Assembly: GCF_041146345.1 (NCBI RefSeq)
Contig: NW_027191419.1
Location: 248,001-312,000 of the forward strand
Origin: Neodothiora populina
Lineage: Eukaryota
Direction of reading: 5' to 3'
Length of the DNA: 64,000 bases
Every line of letters starts with the position of its first letter. Positions within the stretch are counted from its first letter, which is position 1. The notes under the pieces are model-generated. The model ran no database searches. It was given only the letters and a program-made list of their open reading frames with translations, and was not told the origin of the DNA. Shown in pieces: positions 32,407-45,139 of the stretch. The position numbers and the translations under genes were made by a program.

Positions 32407-35400
32407 CCAACTTACACCCATGGGGCAGCCATAGGTGTCTGGTGTTGAATGCCGTTGTATGGCGTTCTGTTCACCATGCTTGTCTGGAGACCAAGCACTT
32501 GAACAGTCTAGAGTGGCGCACGGCCCGCGACTAAGGGCCCAGCCCGTATATCACTCAATCCGGAGAATATGGAGGAAGAACCTTGGAGCCATGAGGTGTG
32601 GCGCTGATAGTGAATGCTTCGATTATAACCTTACTTGGTCGAACCTCGTAACATAGATCTCCACTACATTGCCGTAGTTCCTTGTGCTGTTTTTCTTGTG
32701 AAACGAAACAGATTTCGCAAACTCGAAGCGTGTGCACACGTTTTTTGGCCACCTCCATGGGGTTTCTCCAGATCCACTCTGCAGAGTGGATCCAAAAATC
32801 AAACGCGCCAGTATGATCCGGCCACTGTGTTTGCGGAAGCACGGCACCGCTTTCGAGCATGGCTCCCCATATCGCCCCACTGGTCCAGTGTGTAGCTAAT
32901 TGCAGGAACGTGGAGGGTTCTCGTAACGAGCAATTGTGGAGTCCGGAGGACGACTGATTCATAATCAGCAAATATCAGGAGCCACGTCTGAAGGATGAAG
33001 AAGCTGGTAGATGACACGAGCCGCGGAGCACCACTTTCCAGGTTGTAAGACATCGTAGTAAAGCGGAATGTGGGCGTGAGCAAAATTTACCCATACGACT
33101 TCCTAACGCCTTCTCACTTCATCAGTCATGGCAAGATCTTTTCTCGCACACAATAGCTTGATAGGTGAAAGGTGTTTACTGGTCGTCACCACATGATCAA
33201 TATATTGCTTGCCTTAAGTGTCCGTGATCTTGTCGTGTCAAGCTATAGTGCAAGTATATGTACGGACACCGCCTACGTGGACTTCGTTGGATTGTGAGGC
33301 TCTGAGAGTACTCTTTCGAGTCATTATCGTCGTACCATGAATCTCTATGGTGTGCACGAGACAATCTCCTCACCCAGGATCACCCCCCATTCGCATCTCG
33401 CTCAAGATCTGGCCTGTCTAGTCCTGAAGAGAAATGTCGGGGCCCCGAGTGCAAGGGCATGAACTGTGGATCACGTTGTGTTCGGTCAAGTCCTAGACGC
33501 GGTCGTACGGCGGCGATACTGCGTCACGGCATCCAACTCGGGTTTTAAGCTGATTTCTCTCCAATGATAGATGGGAACGAAGCCCTAATGGATAAGTTTT
33601 CTGGTTCATGGGGTAAGCATGCTATCAAGTCCGAGTCGTGGTATTGCACCTTAGCCAGGCACGTGGAGACCGAGACCGCACCGAAAGATCGCAGGTGCAG
33701 TCTTCTCCATACAGATCTAAACTCATGATGGTCTTTGCATGCAGATCATGGGGCTCTGTGTGACCTGAAAGTCTGGAGCTATAGATCATTCCAGACTTTT
33801 GCTCGAGCAGCTCACTGATTCTGAACCAAAGATGTTTTCATCCTGGGGACAGTTTGTGATGTCGTCTGATATTTTGGCTTTTTGGTTTAGTGGCTAAATT
33901 AAGGTACAGTACATTGAAGTGGTCACGGTGCCATATCTGGTGGCTGAACAACTATCCGCAGCGGAACCTGTTTGCTTCCGAGCATCCGTTAGGCTCGACA
34001 TGTACCTTGGGTACCTTACTGTACTTATACATCTCTCAACTGTCAACCTCTTTTTAGTTTACCTGGAGCCTGAGCATTGCTCGTTACTGACCTATGATGT
34101 CAACTTGCAAGGCATGAGATACGACAGTACAGTTTGCTAAAGTTGTGCAATCGCTATTCGATGAAGACAAGCTTTTTGATGGCCCACTATGGACCATTGT
34201 ACAGTTACCTGCAAGTGCTTACTGTACCTTAAGGTACCTTACCATACAGTACTGTATGTCCGGGATTCGCTGAATACGGAAACGGTATCATGCATAGAGT
34301 CCGGGACACCAAACAGTAACACTGCCATCAGAAGAGAATGCTCAGCCGCTTATACATACAAGTGGTCTCGTCAGTTTCGGTGATCAAGCATAGTGCGTCA
34401 TTATTTCCGTGGTCTGTCTGTCTTCAGCTTGATCATCATCATGTGCACCTCGCTCATCCGCTTCGAGAAGTGTAATGCTCCAAGTGGGGTGATTTGGCTG
34501 TCAAGACGCATTCGAACGGCCGTTTCAACATTCTGGCCTCCCCTGTACTTGCTGAGTCTGGTCAAGATTTCTGAGCATGGATGCTCGCTGGACTGACATC
34601 GCTTCAGCGCTCCCTTACTTCCATCTGGGTGGCGTGATCGGTCATGTAAGCCCAGTCAAAGCATTCAGCGTGTTGTTCGGCGATTATTAGATCCAACAAT
34701 ACTACAGAAAAGGTATAGCCTGTGAGATGGCATGGTTCTCCAATACCAACACCGCTAACAGGTGCATACTGAAGGGCATTGGTGTTAGCGGACCAGTCGA
34801 GATGGCTATAGGAGATTAAAACATGGTAAACCTAACGTCTTCCCCACCGCCTCACCAATTTTGCTGCGATGCACCTAGTCGGTCTGGTCGAGTTGCCTGT
34901 CACGTCGAATTATGACCGTTGAGCATGTGAATCATGTGCATTTTGTAGGTGGTTCATCCAAGCGACGTGCATGGAAATGATCGAGCAATGTCAATGGACC
35001 TGAGCTATTCGACCAATGCGAGAGTAAATGCAGAACTCACTCGAAAATACCAGGTGTCTGTAGCTGTCAACCTCAGCTTCCACAATTTGCGTGAACCTAC
35101 CTCTTACCATAGTCATTCATACAGTTCAGAATGAAGTCAACAGAAATTGAGCCTTTGCAATGAACGATGCGGAAGTGCACAGTTACGGCGCTTTGCGCAT
35201 AAAGTTTCCTAATTGACTGATCTTCCTGGGCATCTCGTTCAATGATGATCCCCCTCATATGACGAAAGTGAAAAGACAGCTACGAAGTGCAGTCGAATTC
35301 ATCCAGCACAGCAGTTGCTAGGAATTGATGTGAAACATTAGTACCGGGGCATAGCAAACGTCGGACGGCTAACGCGCTTGCGTGATCTACAACATGTCTA

Positions 35401-37870
35401 TCATAACCGCATTTTAGCCCACCGGGTATCCCGCTATCTATTAAGGCATGCCTTAGTTTCGCAAAGATAAGCATGTCTATCAATTAAATTAATCAAGGTG
35501 TTGAGGAATGTCGTTCTGCCAAGTTTTAAAGAGTCTCACTTTGCCATGAGATCCAGTTGAATATGGTATCGTCTATAGACTGCAGTAGGTCGGTATATAT
35601 CATAACAAAGAAAGGGCTTAATAGAGGTCCTAGCCATCGCTTCTCTGCACTCTTTATTGCCTGCCTTGTTCCTCGATATCCGATTTCACCTCATGTCTAC
35701 TATGACAGAACATACAGAAAGTGAGGTGGGGAAGCAAAAAGTGATTGTAGGGTGACGAAGACAGCTTGATCAGTGACATCCAGAGAAGCTCGATGATACC
35801 ATCGAGCGAGAAATCCGGTTTGATGCCAAGGAATCGTCTGACTGACCCTGAAGGCTTGCCACAGGGGATTGTGAGATAGGGCGCATTCGACTTTCCCACT
35901 GAAATATATGAAGACATACGGCAGTACTTATGGAGGATCTTTGAGGAGACTCATCTGATGTCTAATTGCCTCGTCAGGCCATATAACCGTGCAGTAAACA
36001 GGAGATGGTCAAAGAAGGCGGAACAGTCCGTTCTGTATCATATACGAACCAGATGAGTGGGACAACTCAGATGAGGCTGCGATGTGGCATGACCAAAAAG
36101 ACCTAATCTAAATCGTCCACATGGTTAGCACATGGCCATACGATGGGCAACATGCCGTCCATGGCGATAGAACGGATGGTACAGCTCTGGCCAGACTGTG
36201 TCGCGAAGTCGCTATCCTCATGGTCCTGCCTTTTGCGAGGGTTGCTCGCAGGAAAGGAGTGTGCTCCGATGTGTAAATGCAAGCAATGATATGCCATAAC
36301 GGAGCGTTTGGAGTAGAGTGATGGTACAGGCACATCAGCAAAATGACTACGAGGGTCTCAAGAGGTCCAGCAAGGACCGACGCTGTGTAATGTGCAATGT
36401 CGATTTTGTAAGTGCATAAACTCACGTATCTTACAACCGTATCGTCATCATATGAAGATGATGCCAGGATCTCCTTGCTCAGAAATAGATCACTCGGTAC
36501 TTTAGTGCAGCTCCAGGAGAATCTGAAGTGATATCCATCATTAAAATCGGCCATTAATGACACTCGAATTACTCTGATGTCTCCTCAAGTGGCATGGCTC
36601 TGAGGCAGATCAGTTCAGAATTTGCATTGCCTCAGCTCCGACATCGTCGAGCCACATGGCGATCTAGTAAGCAGGTTCTCGTAGGAGCTTACCTTGACCG
36701 CCCCCCTGGAGAACAGCTCTGGCGATGAAGGCTGCGGCCCCTCGAGGATCACGTCCCAAGTATCCTCAGTAAGAATGGGAGAAGTTGACTTTCCCACAGA
36801 TCGGTATAGCGAGCTCCATACAGTAGCTCAATCAAAAGCGGAAGACCTCTGATCAATCTGGTGGAGTGTGTTGTATGACTGTCAGTCCATAAGCTTATAC
36901 CACCGAAAGTTCGGCGAGACATAAGCATCGTAAAGTACAAAGTCCGAAAGCACTCGTCTATCACAATACCTGCCCTCTGAAACGTAACCAGCTTCTAGAA
37001 GATCAGTGGGGTTTGAGCTTGGCCCCTATGCTGAGGGGTAGCATCACTGCTAGGCTAAAGCCTGATACAGCCAATCAGAAACGTCTTGTAGATCTGGCGT
37101 GCAGCTACTGAATACTGACATCAGTGTTTCAGGTCGTTAAGGAGTCATGCTCCATGCCTCTGCGCATCCTCATTTAAAGAACTGCCTCTCTACAGCAAAT
37201 TCCTTACCTACCTTGATCACCCGGTGCAGGCACCGTCAAAAGGGTGACTAGTTTATAGAGCGCTTTCCGATGTCATGCAAGAGTAGTTTGATCGTTGTTT
37301 TTTCCCATACCAACGCCTGTTTACAATCATTAGTCTGGCTCAGGTCGACCTCTTAACCTAACACTCGTTGGCTGTCAGTATCACAGGCTGTGCCTTGTAC
37401 TGCGTTTCGGATCACTCTTCCAAATCCAAACGGCATTCGTTTGATTAGTTAATACCCTCTTTGCTTTGGTGTATCCTACTACTCGGCTCGCATATAGAGC
37501 TCCCTGTCCACAACTCACATAACGTCTCCCTTGCAGCCTGGTGCTTGCATCGACAGTCGCTTTTTCTCTATCCGGGTACACCTTCACGCTTTAATTACCT
37601 CCGTCAGGCTCGTGGAATTTGTGTGGCTCGTCTCTTCTGACATAGACCCTTGCGTATCAAGCATTTGGAAACACCATCAACGCTCCATCAGTGTTTCAAC
37701 GGCGGTGCGTTTCATCACTTCTAAGCTGCCAAACTATTGCGTCTACGAAGAGTTGCGCAACGTCACACTTTCACTGCTCTTCCTTTACCTGATTGCATTG
37801 TGTTGGTCTACACATCTTTCCTCGTCGGATACAAAACACGATCCTTAAAAAATCAACGCTATAAATCCTC

Positions 37871-38695
37871 ATGTTCATGCATCATCCACAGCTCAGCTTC
37901 TATTCGGCGGCAGCCTTGGTGTTCTTTCTGCAGGTCACCGCAGCAGTCCGTCTCGAGGACTTCACACCTCGGGCTTCCAATCTCCCATCCGACTGCGAGC
38001 AGCTCTATAGCTCACACATCGACGGCTGTGAATCGTCCGACTTCACCAACGGCAAATGCTCCAAGTCCTGCATCTCTGCGCTGACCACTTTGAGTGCCTC
38101 CGTTAAGCAAACATGCGCGGGTGATGTTTCGGAAGATAACATCATCAGTGCTATGCTTAATAACCAAGGTGTATTAAGAGTCTGTCCAAATGCTGGAGAT
38201 GCTGATGCTGGAGATGACGCCAGCAGCGCTACTTCGGCCACTTCATCGGCTACGAGAAGTACTCCCACTGCATCTAAGCAAGCTGAGTCGGAGTCGATCG
38301 GCACGAGCACCATGATACTTAGCGCAGATCCCTTAAGTACCAGCGGTATCCTCGTGGATACTTCTTCGCCTATGTCTTCCACCAGCTTGATGTCCTCAGC
38401 AGCCATGCGTACAGCTACTGCTAGTACGACACTGACAGCAGCGCCAGTCGCCGCGACCAAATCAAGTGCCGCGAGTAGTGGCATTGACGTCCTACACGAT
38501 GCTACTACTGGAGCCACTGCCCCGCCAGAAGAGACAGCCTCATCACCCTCTGCGACCACAAGTGACGCATCAGTAGACAGCTCTAGCACTGGGGGCGGTA
38601 GCCCATTCGATAGTACTAGTGGTTCTGTCAGGACCTTGGGTTCGCTTTCAGCAGTCCTGATGTCGTTTTCTTTCGGTCTGATCTTGCTTCGGTAA
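37871..38695 (+). CDS. Secreted Ser/Thr-rich protein, probably GPI-anchored, with a small Cys-rich N-terminal domain
   Basis: Signal-peptide-like FYSAAALVFFLQVTAA; six Cys (CEQLY..GC..CSKSC..TC..VCPN); S/T/A-rich stalk; GGGSPFD followed by hydrophobic C-terminus LSAVLMSFSFGLILLR. The start may be 37877. Confidence 0.8.
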   Translation: MFMHHPQLSFYSAAALVFFLQVTAAVRLEDFTPRASNLPSDCEQLYSSHIDGCESSDFTNGKCSKSCISALTTLSASVKQTCAGDVSEDNIISAMLNNQGVLRVCPNAGDADAGDDASSATSATSSATRSTPTASKQAESESIGTSTMILSADPLSTSGILVDTSSPMSSTSLMSSAAMRTATASTTLTAAPVAATKSSAASSGIDVLHDATTGATAPPEETASSPSATTSDASVDSSSTGGGSPFDSTSGSVRTLGSLSAVLMSFSFGLILLR

Positions 38696-41600
38696 TCCGA
38701 CACGAACAGATCATATTCATTTTGTCATGGCCGAATGTTCGGCTCGCTCTTTGTTCTGTCCTTTCCTTCCTTTTCTTGTTTGTTTACTTTACATGACTGT
38801 CCCAGTACGGCCTCAGTACGGCCCCAGTCCTATACCCCATCAGCGCAATGTACGCTCGAGATGCGAATGAAACGGCATGAAAGGCGTTTGTTGCTGTTAT
38901 CCCTGAAGGCAATCATAAAGCTCTGTACAGAATTAATATAGCAATGTTGTAAGCCGTCGAGACAATCTATTCTTTTGCCACCCTTTTTGAAATATAAATA
39001 TGATATGTTCCCTCAACTTCAGTCAAATTGACCGCAAGATTTGTTGTTGGCGAAGGACCAGATGCAGTCGGATGTTGTATTTGTGCAGCTGCTCTGCATT
39101 GTGATGCCAGGTCATGATCATGTCAATACATGTGCGCATGCGCGGTCAGGCAGTTTGAGCCACAAGGTCGGAACGCACGACATCTGGATGTTGCTATGCC
39201 AAATGATAGAGGGGGACCCTGTCCATATTGCCACACATCATCTGCTGACATGACATGGCAACGACATGACCTCCTACATCACCATATGTATATGATGACA
39301 TTTCTGTTGATCTTGATTTCATGATGACAGTGTGCCAGCACAGATTCTCCTGTTCACGACTGGTCCTCAGGCCTTCCAACCGATGAAGTGAGGAGGATCA
39401 ATTTATCGCACATTGATTCGTGATCAGATCGAGCAACACATTATCGCTACCAGCAATTATAAAGTTGGAAGTATCGCATATCATTCGTCTTCATATGGCA
39501 GCTGATTGTCGAAGGAGCGGTACCTCGCGCTGTGGATATATGATACATGATTGCTGCCTCGTGATGAAATGCCGGATATTTTCTCCGATAGTCCTGGGGG
39601 CACTAAAGACACACCTAGCTCATAGGCTATAGGGCGTGGATTTGAACATTGCAGGCACTGGCTGCAGTGCTTCAATCGTTGGGGACAAAGACGGACCTAT
39701 GCTGCTGATTCAGGTGTGGGATCAAGGACAGGAAGGCTGTTGCTCTTCGAGGACAAGTTTGGAACACTAAGTTGTTTGCAGCCCTTGGTGTAACACAGTT
39801 GAATATGGAACAGACCGAGTGGAGGTCAGGAAGGGAAGAGCTCTCTCTTGGTGGGTATGTACGCCTTGAGGCCTAGTCATGATGAAAGCCTCGTGTAGCA
39901 ACAAAGCCTCGGCCATTTCTTCTTGACAGTTGAAAGTGTATTCGAAGTAGTGAGGGGCTTTACCATCTGAACACAATGTACTTAAAATCACTATACATAT
40001 GATATTCCATCATCAATCCAATGACACAACTGCTAGGCACTGATCAAGACTGACATGAGTATTATACGAGAGGAGTGCTAGCAAGCCAGAACTAAGGTAT
40101 GAAGACGTTCGGGTGAAGTATCCTGGTGGCTACCTTAAGATACGAAAAAGGTGACATGACTTCTGCCAGGACCATCTCCGAGGCTTCTCGAGTCCAGTGA
40201 AGCAGCCTGTGGTCGCATGTCCTGCCTTGAAGATGGATCGCATCAATAGGCGCGAGAATCGAACCACCTTTAAACATGAAGCAGAGGCTGTTATCTCGAA
40301 GTCATCGGGCGCATCGCCCCGTTCTTCTTCATATACGTGCAAATGATTGGCGGCAGGACCGAAATATCCTGCGTCTTCGGTCGGGTAGTCGATGTTTGAT
40401 GCTATGGGCTACAACGTGGTCCCAAACCACGGACACTCGACGAATGCTTGCAATCGCTTTCATGATGGACATTGGGGTCGATCCAGTTTCTGTTCATTGG
40501 TGGAAATGATCCAAGCCGATTCAAGGACTCGTAAGCGCATTCGTGTCCTTGTAAGATGCAATTTCACGCGGCACGGAGGTACACGATTCACAAGAATCGA
40601 AAATGGTTCACCCTTAGTAGGCATGTGGTCTTGAGGGCTACAAATCATGCACACCCCTTTGCATGCGTTTATTGCCTCTGCAAAGTGCGTGTTTACCAGT
40701 GCCTTGTCAACACCCTGATGCTAGCCAATGTTAGTAGGTTGCATCTCCCACCTGAAGGAGTTGAATGGTCATCAGTACGAGGCGTTGTCTCCCCAGCTCT
40801 CTGTGACTATAAGTGGCGTGCGTGGTCATTCGATATTTCGTGTTCGCTTTCACAGCACTGAAAGGGTACTGTACTGTATGATCAATACGGTTCCCCAAAA
40901 GGATATGTCCAGGGTGGAGTACTGCGCAGGGTCTGGGGTATATGAGAAGAAATAAGTGTGATTCTAGAAGCCCTGCCCGCCCCACAGAGCTATTGTCCAT
41001 GGCATTTCGTCGATAAGATCACGGTCCTGCTCCTGGATACGATGTCAGGCCATATGCCAAGAAAGTGTTAGAAGCCTAAGGTATGCGAGATACGGTGTGA
41101 TTAAGAAATGCATTATACCGATGTGAGTGTCGTGCTTCGAGGATATGATCATAGGACAAAGGCACGAGATGAGGACGTAGTCCTGCATGCTGTACTGTAT
41201 GATGAATGCAGTCATTGGGTTGATCTTCAACGGACGTTGTCACTAAGCAATAATTGTCTGGGAGACCTCAGGGCATAGTCGGGTTCACAATGTCTTTCTC
41301 CGGTCCAATGAGTTTCGCACGAGTGGAACCGACGGATCATCTGGATGTTACCCACTGCACCTTGGCCGAGGGGGCACATCGTTTGGAGTAACATTTGCTT
41401 CCGTTGTACAAGTGTATTTCGCAAAAGGTGCAAGCGTGTTCATGCGTGTTCGGAGAAATAAGCTGCAAAACTTACGAGCGCGTCGAAGTATGTACAGTAT
41501 CTTCAATGTACTCGTACCGGCTGTCGTTGATGATTTACATACACGATACGCGCCTCAGGTAGCTAGGTATGCGTCATCCTTCACAAGGCACGGTGCCTCG

Positions 41601-43186
41601 GAGAAGTTCTGCACTAACGAAGAGCTCCACGCGACAGCCAGAATTTTCCTTCGCCCTGATGATAATCATCAAGACCACGGCAAGCGGCACCAGTGCCAGG
41701 TACGACAAGCGTATAGCATACCTGTGGCAGGGTGGCTGACGTGACAATTTTTATGCTACCTGTGTATTATGATGTGGAGGTTCAATTATAGAGTACGTTG
41801 AAATAGTCTATACAAATTTACCCGCTCGTGCCGCGAAATGATACCGAGGTTTTCAGGCGCATTTACCTGTTAAAGTACCTCACCTGCCGATGCGCACGTA
41901 CGCACCGTACCGTTCACCTTTGCAAGCAAAAGTCCATGCAAGATAATGGACTTGCACGTTTCGGTTTCACTACTTGTATTTAGCTCTGTCCGGAGTATCC
42001 ACATCGAAATGGCGCAGGCTGTTATGAAGCCAGGTTCCACAAGCATGGATAGATTGCCTGTAAAGTCTCCTTAATCGGAGCATGTTCAAGACAAGTATAG
42101 CACATCCGTAGGTGCCACGCAACCGAGATGTGCCCATACTGTAGTTGCAGTTCTTAGCCAACAAACTTCTGATTCGTTGTCACATATGTTCTCTCTTCGC
42201 GCTTTGTTAAAAGCATTGCATACACGATGATTCGATCTCATGTTGCAGTGGAAAGACCTCTAATTGCTCGTCTGAGACGGACCCTGCAGAGCGCAGCCTG
42301 GCGCATGTGGGCTATACTATGATGTGGGCGCCTGAGTTCAGACGAGTATAGTTAGACGAGTATAGTGTCATGTATAAACGTGTCATGCTAGCGATTCCAC
42401 GAACTCGGATATCAGGGAAAGCAGGCTTGGTGACTACCTCAGCTCCGACTTAGAGAGAAGATACTTGCACCGGACTCGATACAACGAAATTTTGCATTCG
42501 GAATGGATGGCCAATATCCTTGCTAGCCCCCCTCGACCAAAGTTTGGTAACGCTTATCTTTATTTGTTCTTTTTGGTGGTTCGAGCGTCTTGGAAGGGTG
42601 ACCGGGAATTGTATTGCGGACGAAGAGACACACTTGGGGCAGCCGAGTTAAAGCCAAGGCTGATCCTTTATTTTCGCATCAGCCCGGATAACAGCGTTAT
42701 TATCCACAAATCCTCGGATATGACGATTAGAAGCGTCCAACCGATGGACGCATTAGCGTCGACTACCAAGATGTCAAACCAGTGGCACGAGTGACGACCA
42801 TATGAAGCATTTGAGATGCTGACGAAGATCGGAGGCAGTGCAATGAGCACTAACGGGTATTGAATCGTAAAATTTGCTATCATTTCATTTGATGCATGAG
42901 GTACAATATGTAAGAGCTTTATACTAGTTCTAGCTCTGCATCGTACGCATGCCCCTGCTTAAACCGTGGTATCTTTGTGCCCGTACGAACGCCTGTAATA
43001 ATGCAATGCTGCATTCCCGCAATATGCTTATAGCCTGCAGCCATGTAGTCGTTAACGCCGGGTATGCTATGTTCCGCTGTGTACGCTTAAAGATAACAAA
43101 AAAAAACAAAAAAGCAAATGGTTTTGGTAGCCTTGACCAGCGCAAGAAACCATTTTGCGAAGTAATGAAGAAATGACATGAACTTC

Positions 43187-45139
43187 TTAAGTCCTGCCGA
43201 ATGAAGGGGTGGGCAAAGGAAGCTGTTGCTGGTTGTAGCTGGGCAGAAAGCTTGGCCACTGATATGCTGTAGCCGATGTCTGGTGATTGCCATCGATCCA
43301 TTGATTCTGAGCAATATAAGGTAATTGTCCAGTCTGAAGTTCTTGAGGTCTACCCAGTGGCTGATAGTGCATCTGATCACGACAGACGTGCTGTGGCTGA
43401 TCCCTAGTGCGCTGAGGTGGGGGGACGAGTAACGTGGAGACACTGCGAATTGGGCGATATGGACTATTGCGCTGCTCCAAGTAGTATGAAGGCGATAATT
43501 GAGATGAAAGAGTCTGACCAGTAGCCGAGAGACCTCCATGGGTTGGGGACACGCCAGCCGAGCCAGGATATGGGCTCTGATGACGTGGCTGTGTCAGCCC
43601 TTGGGAAACTGGTGTGAGCTGCACCGGTGGCTGGTAATGGTTGACCGAGGCGGTCATAGATGGTGTTGAAGTCCAGGAAGTGGTCGGTACTGGAGTGGAC
43701 CCATATGAACGTTGGTTGTAGTTCAAAGGAGGCAGCTGAGGAAGCATCTGCTGCTGATGCTCCGCAGTGCCACTCTGAGGTGTGACAGCGTTCGATTGGG
43801 AGAGTGGGATCCCAAGGCTTGGTAAAGGTACTCTAGGCAAGAATGCGCTCTGGTTATATGTGAGAGCATTGGAACCAGATGGGAAAGTCTGGCCATAATT
43901 GGAATTGGTCGTGGCATGTCTCTTCGCAGGCTGGGAGACAGAGGCATCGTCCAAGCTTCGTTTGCGAGTGCTCTGCGAATGCAACTTTGGAATAGGTCCG
44001 AGCGGTGAGGGATTGGGTGTAGATGCAATCGAAGGGGTAACGGATTTGGCATACTGGGGGTGAGTATGACTTCCAGAATATGGCGGGGAAGCGTGGTTTG
44101 ATATTGGTGGTGACGGAAGTGTGATGCCTAGAGCTCCGGTAGATGATTGCATTGCAGGTACATGTGATGCCTGATCGAAGAAACTGGCGAACATCCCAAG
44201 TTTTGTTTGCCACTGGTCCCATTCTTCGGCTGAAGTGAACAAGGCGTATTTCATGTTGCTCAGGAATTCGACTTCCATAACATGAACTTCAGAAACAGAG
44301 ATGCCCGACACTTCGGCCCATGTTTTGTTGGTATAGGTGTTGTCGTCTAGAAACTTATTTCCCAGCATCAAAGCTACAGTCAAAAGTCTGTACTCGCTAC
44401 CTGGCTTGCCCTTGACCGAGGGGTTGAGCTTCTTCAACCTGTACACAAAAAGCAGGGCGAGTATGATCACATTCTGAGCCACCTGCGTAGTCGACAAAAT
44501 AGTCGTCACCCATTTGCGAAACCCAGTGCTTGGAATTGCATCTGGCACTAGAGGTTGCACCGCATGCTTGTAAGTTGCGAAGCTCTCAGCAAGCCCAAGA
44601 GTCGCGGAGCTCTCGAACCAGAAAAGACATGTAATCTGAGCTGCCAATTCGGCTAGGCTGCCTTGACTGTTGTTGACGGATCGTGGAATCTGGAGTGACG
44701 GCGCAATGCTGCTCATACGAGACTCTTTCTTTGAGTCATGCGGTTTCGGATGCTGTAGAAACACTGGACTTCGTGGCTTGTTGGTGGTGTTAGGCGCAAC
44801 ATCTGCTTTGCCCATAGAGCCTTCAAGAGCAGCAGCCTGATAGTGATATCCAGAATCGTATCTCGGGTGACCCACAGCGTACCTTGTCGAACTATTTGAT
44901 TTCTCCCCACAGTAAGGATACTGAGAGTGCTGCAGATTGGTCGCTACGGTATTCATCTCCGGAGGTGGAGTTAGCGGTCTATAGTTCGTCGGCGTTGTCT
45001 TTTCACATCCAGCAGAAGGAGAGAGGGCGTCGAAGTCGTAATTGTAATAGCTCTGAGGTCGATGAAACTGGCTGAAGGGATTACGAAATTGGACGATTGG
45101 TGCTGGATGCATGGGTCGGGATGATAGTGCGTTCAGCAT
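43187..45139 (-). CDS. CLG1: Pho85-type (Pcl/Pho80 family) cyclin, Clg1-like, intronless CDS
   Basis: Cyclin box FRKWVTTILSTTQVAQNVIILALLFVYRL...GSEYRLLTVALMLGNKFLDDNTYTNKTWAEVSGI...EVHVMEVEFL; long P/S/Q-rich tail. First in-frame ATG is 45139. The cyclin call is firm; the CLG1 symbol is less so. Confidence 0.8.
   Translation of the reverse strand: MLNALSSRPMHPAPIVQFRNPFSQFHRPQSYYNYDFDALSPSAGCEKTTPTNYRPLTPPPEMNTVATNLQHSQYPYCGEKSNSSTRYAVGHPRYDSGYHYQAAALEGSMGKADVAPNTTNKPRSPVFLQHPKPHDSKKESRMSSIAPSLQIPRSVNNSQGSLAELAAQITCLFWFESSATLGLAESFATYKHAVQPLVPDAIPSTGFRKWVTTILSTTQVAQNVIILALLFVYRLKKLNPSVKGKPGSEYRLLTVALMLGNKFLDDNTYTNKTWAEVSGISVSEVHVMEVEFLSNMKYALFTSAEEWDQWQTKLGMFASFFDQASHVPAMQSSTGALGITLPSPPISNHASPPYSGSHTHPQYAKSVTPSIASTPNPSPLGPIPKLHSQSTRKRSLDDASVSQPAKRHATTNSNYGQTFPSGSNALTYNQSAFLPRVPLPSLGIPLSQSNAVTPQSGTAEHQQQMLPQLPPLNYNQRSYGSTPVPTTSWTSTPSMTASVNHYQPPVQLTPVSQGLTQPRHQSPYPGSAGVSPTHGGLSATGQTLSSQLSPSYYLEQRNSPYRPIRSVSTLLVPPPQRTRDQPQHVCRDQMHYQPLGRPQELQTGQLPYIAQNQWIDGNHQTSATAYQWPSFLPSYNQQQLPLPTPSFGRT

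Noticed and set aside
32245..32421. 59-aa N-terminal extension of the sugar transporter shown in the ORF track
   Set aside because: The upstream ATG lies 5' of the TATAAA candidate and the extension looks like pyrimidine-rich UTR.
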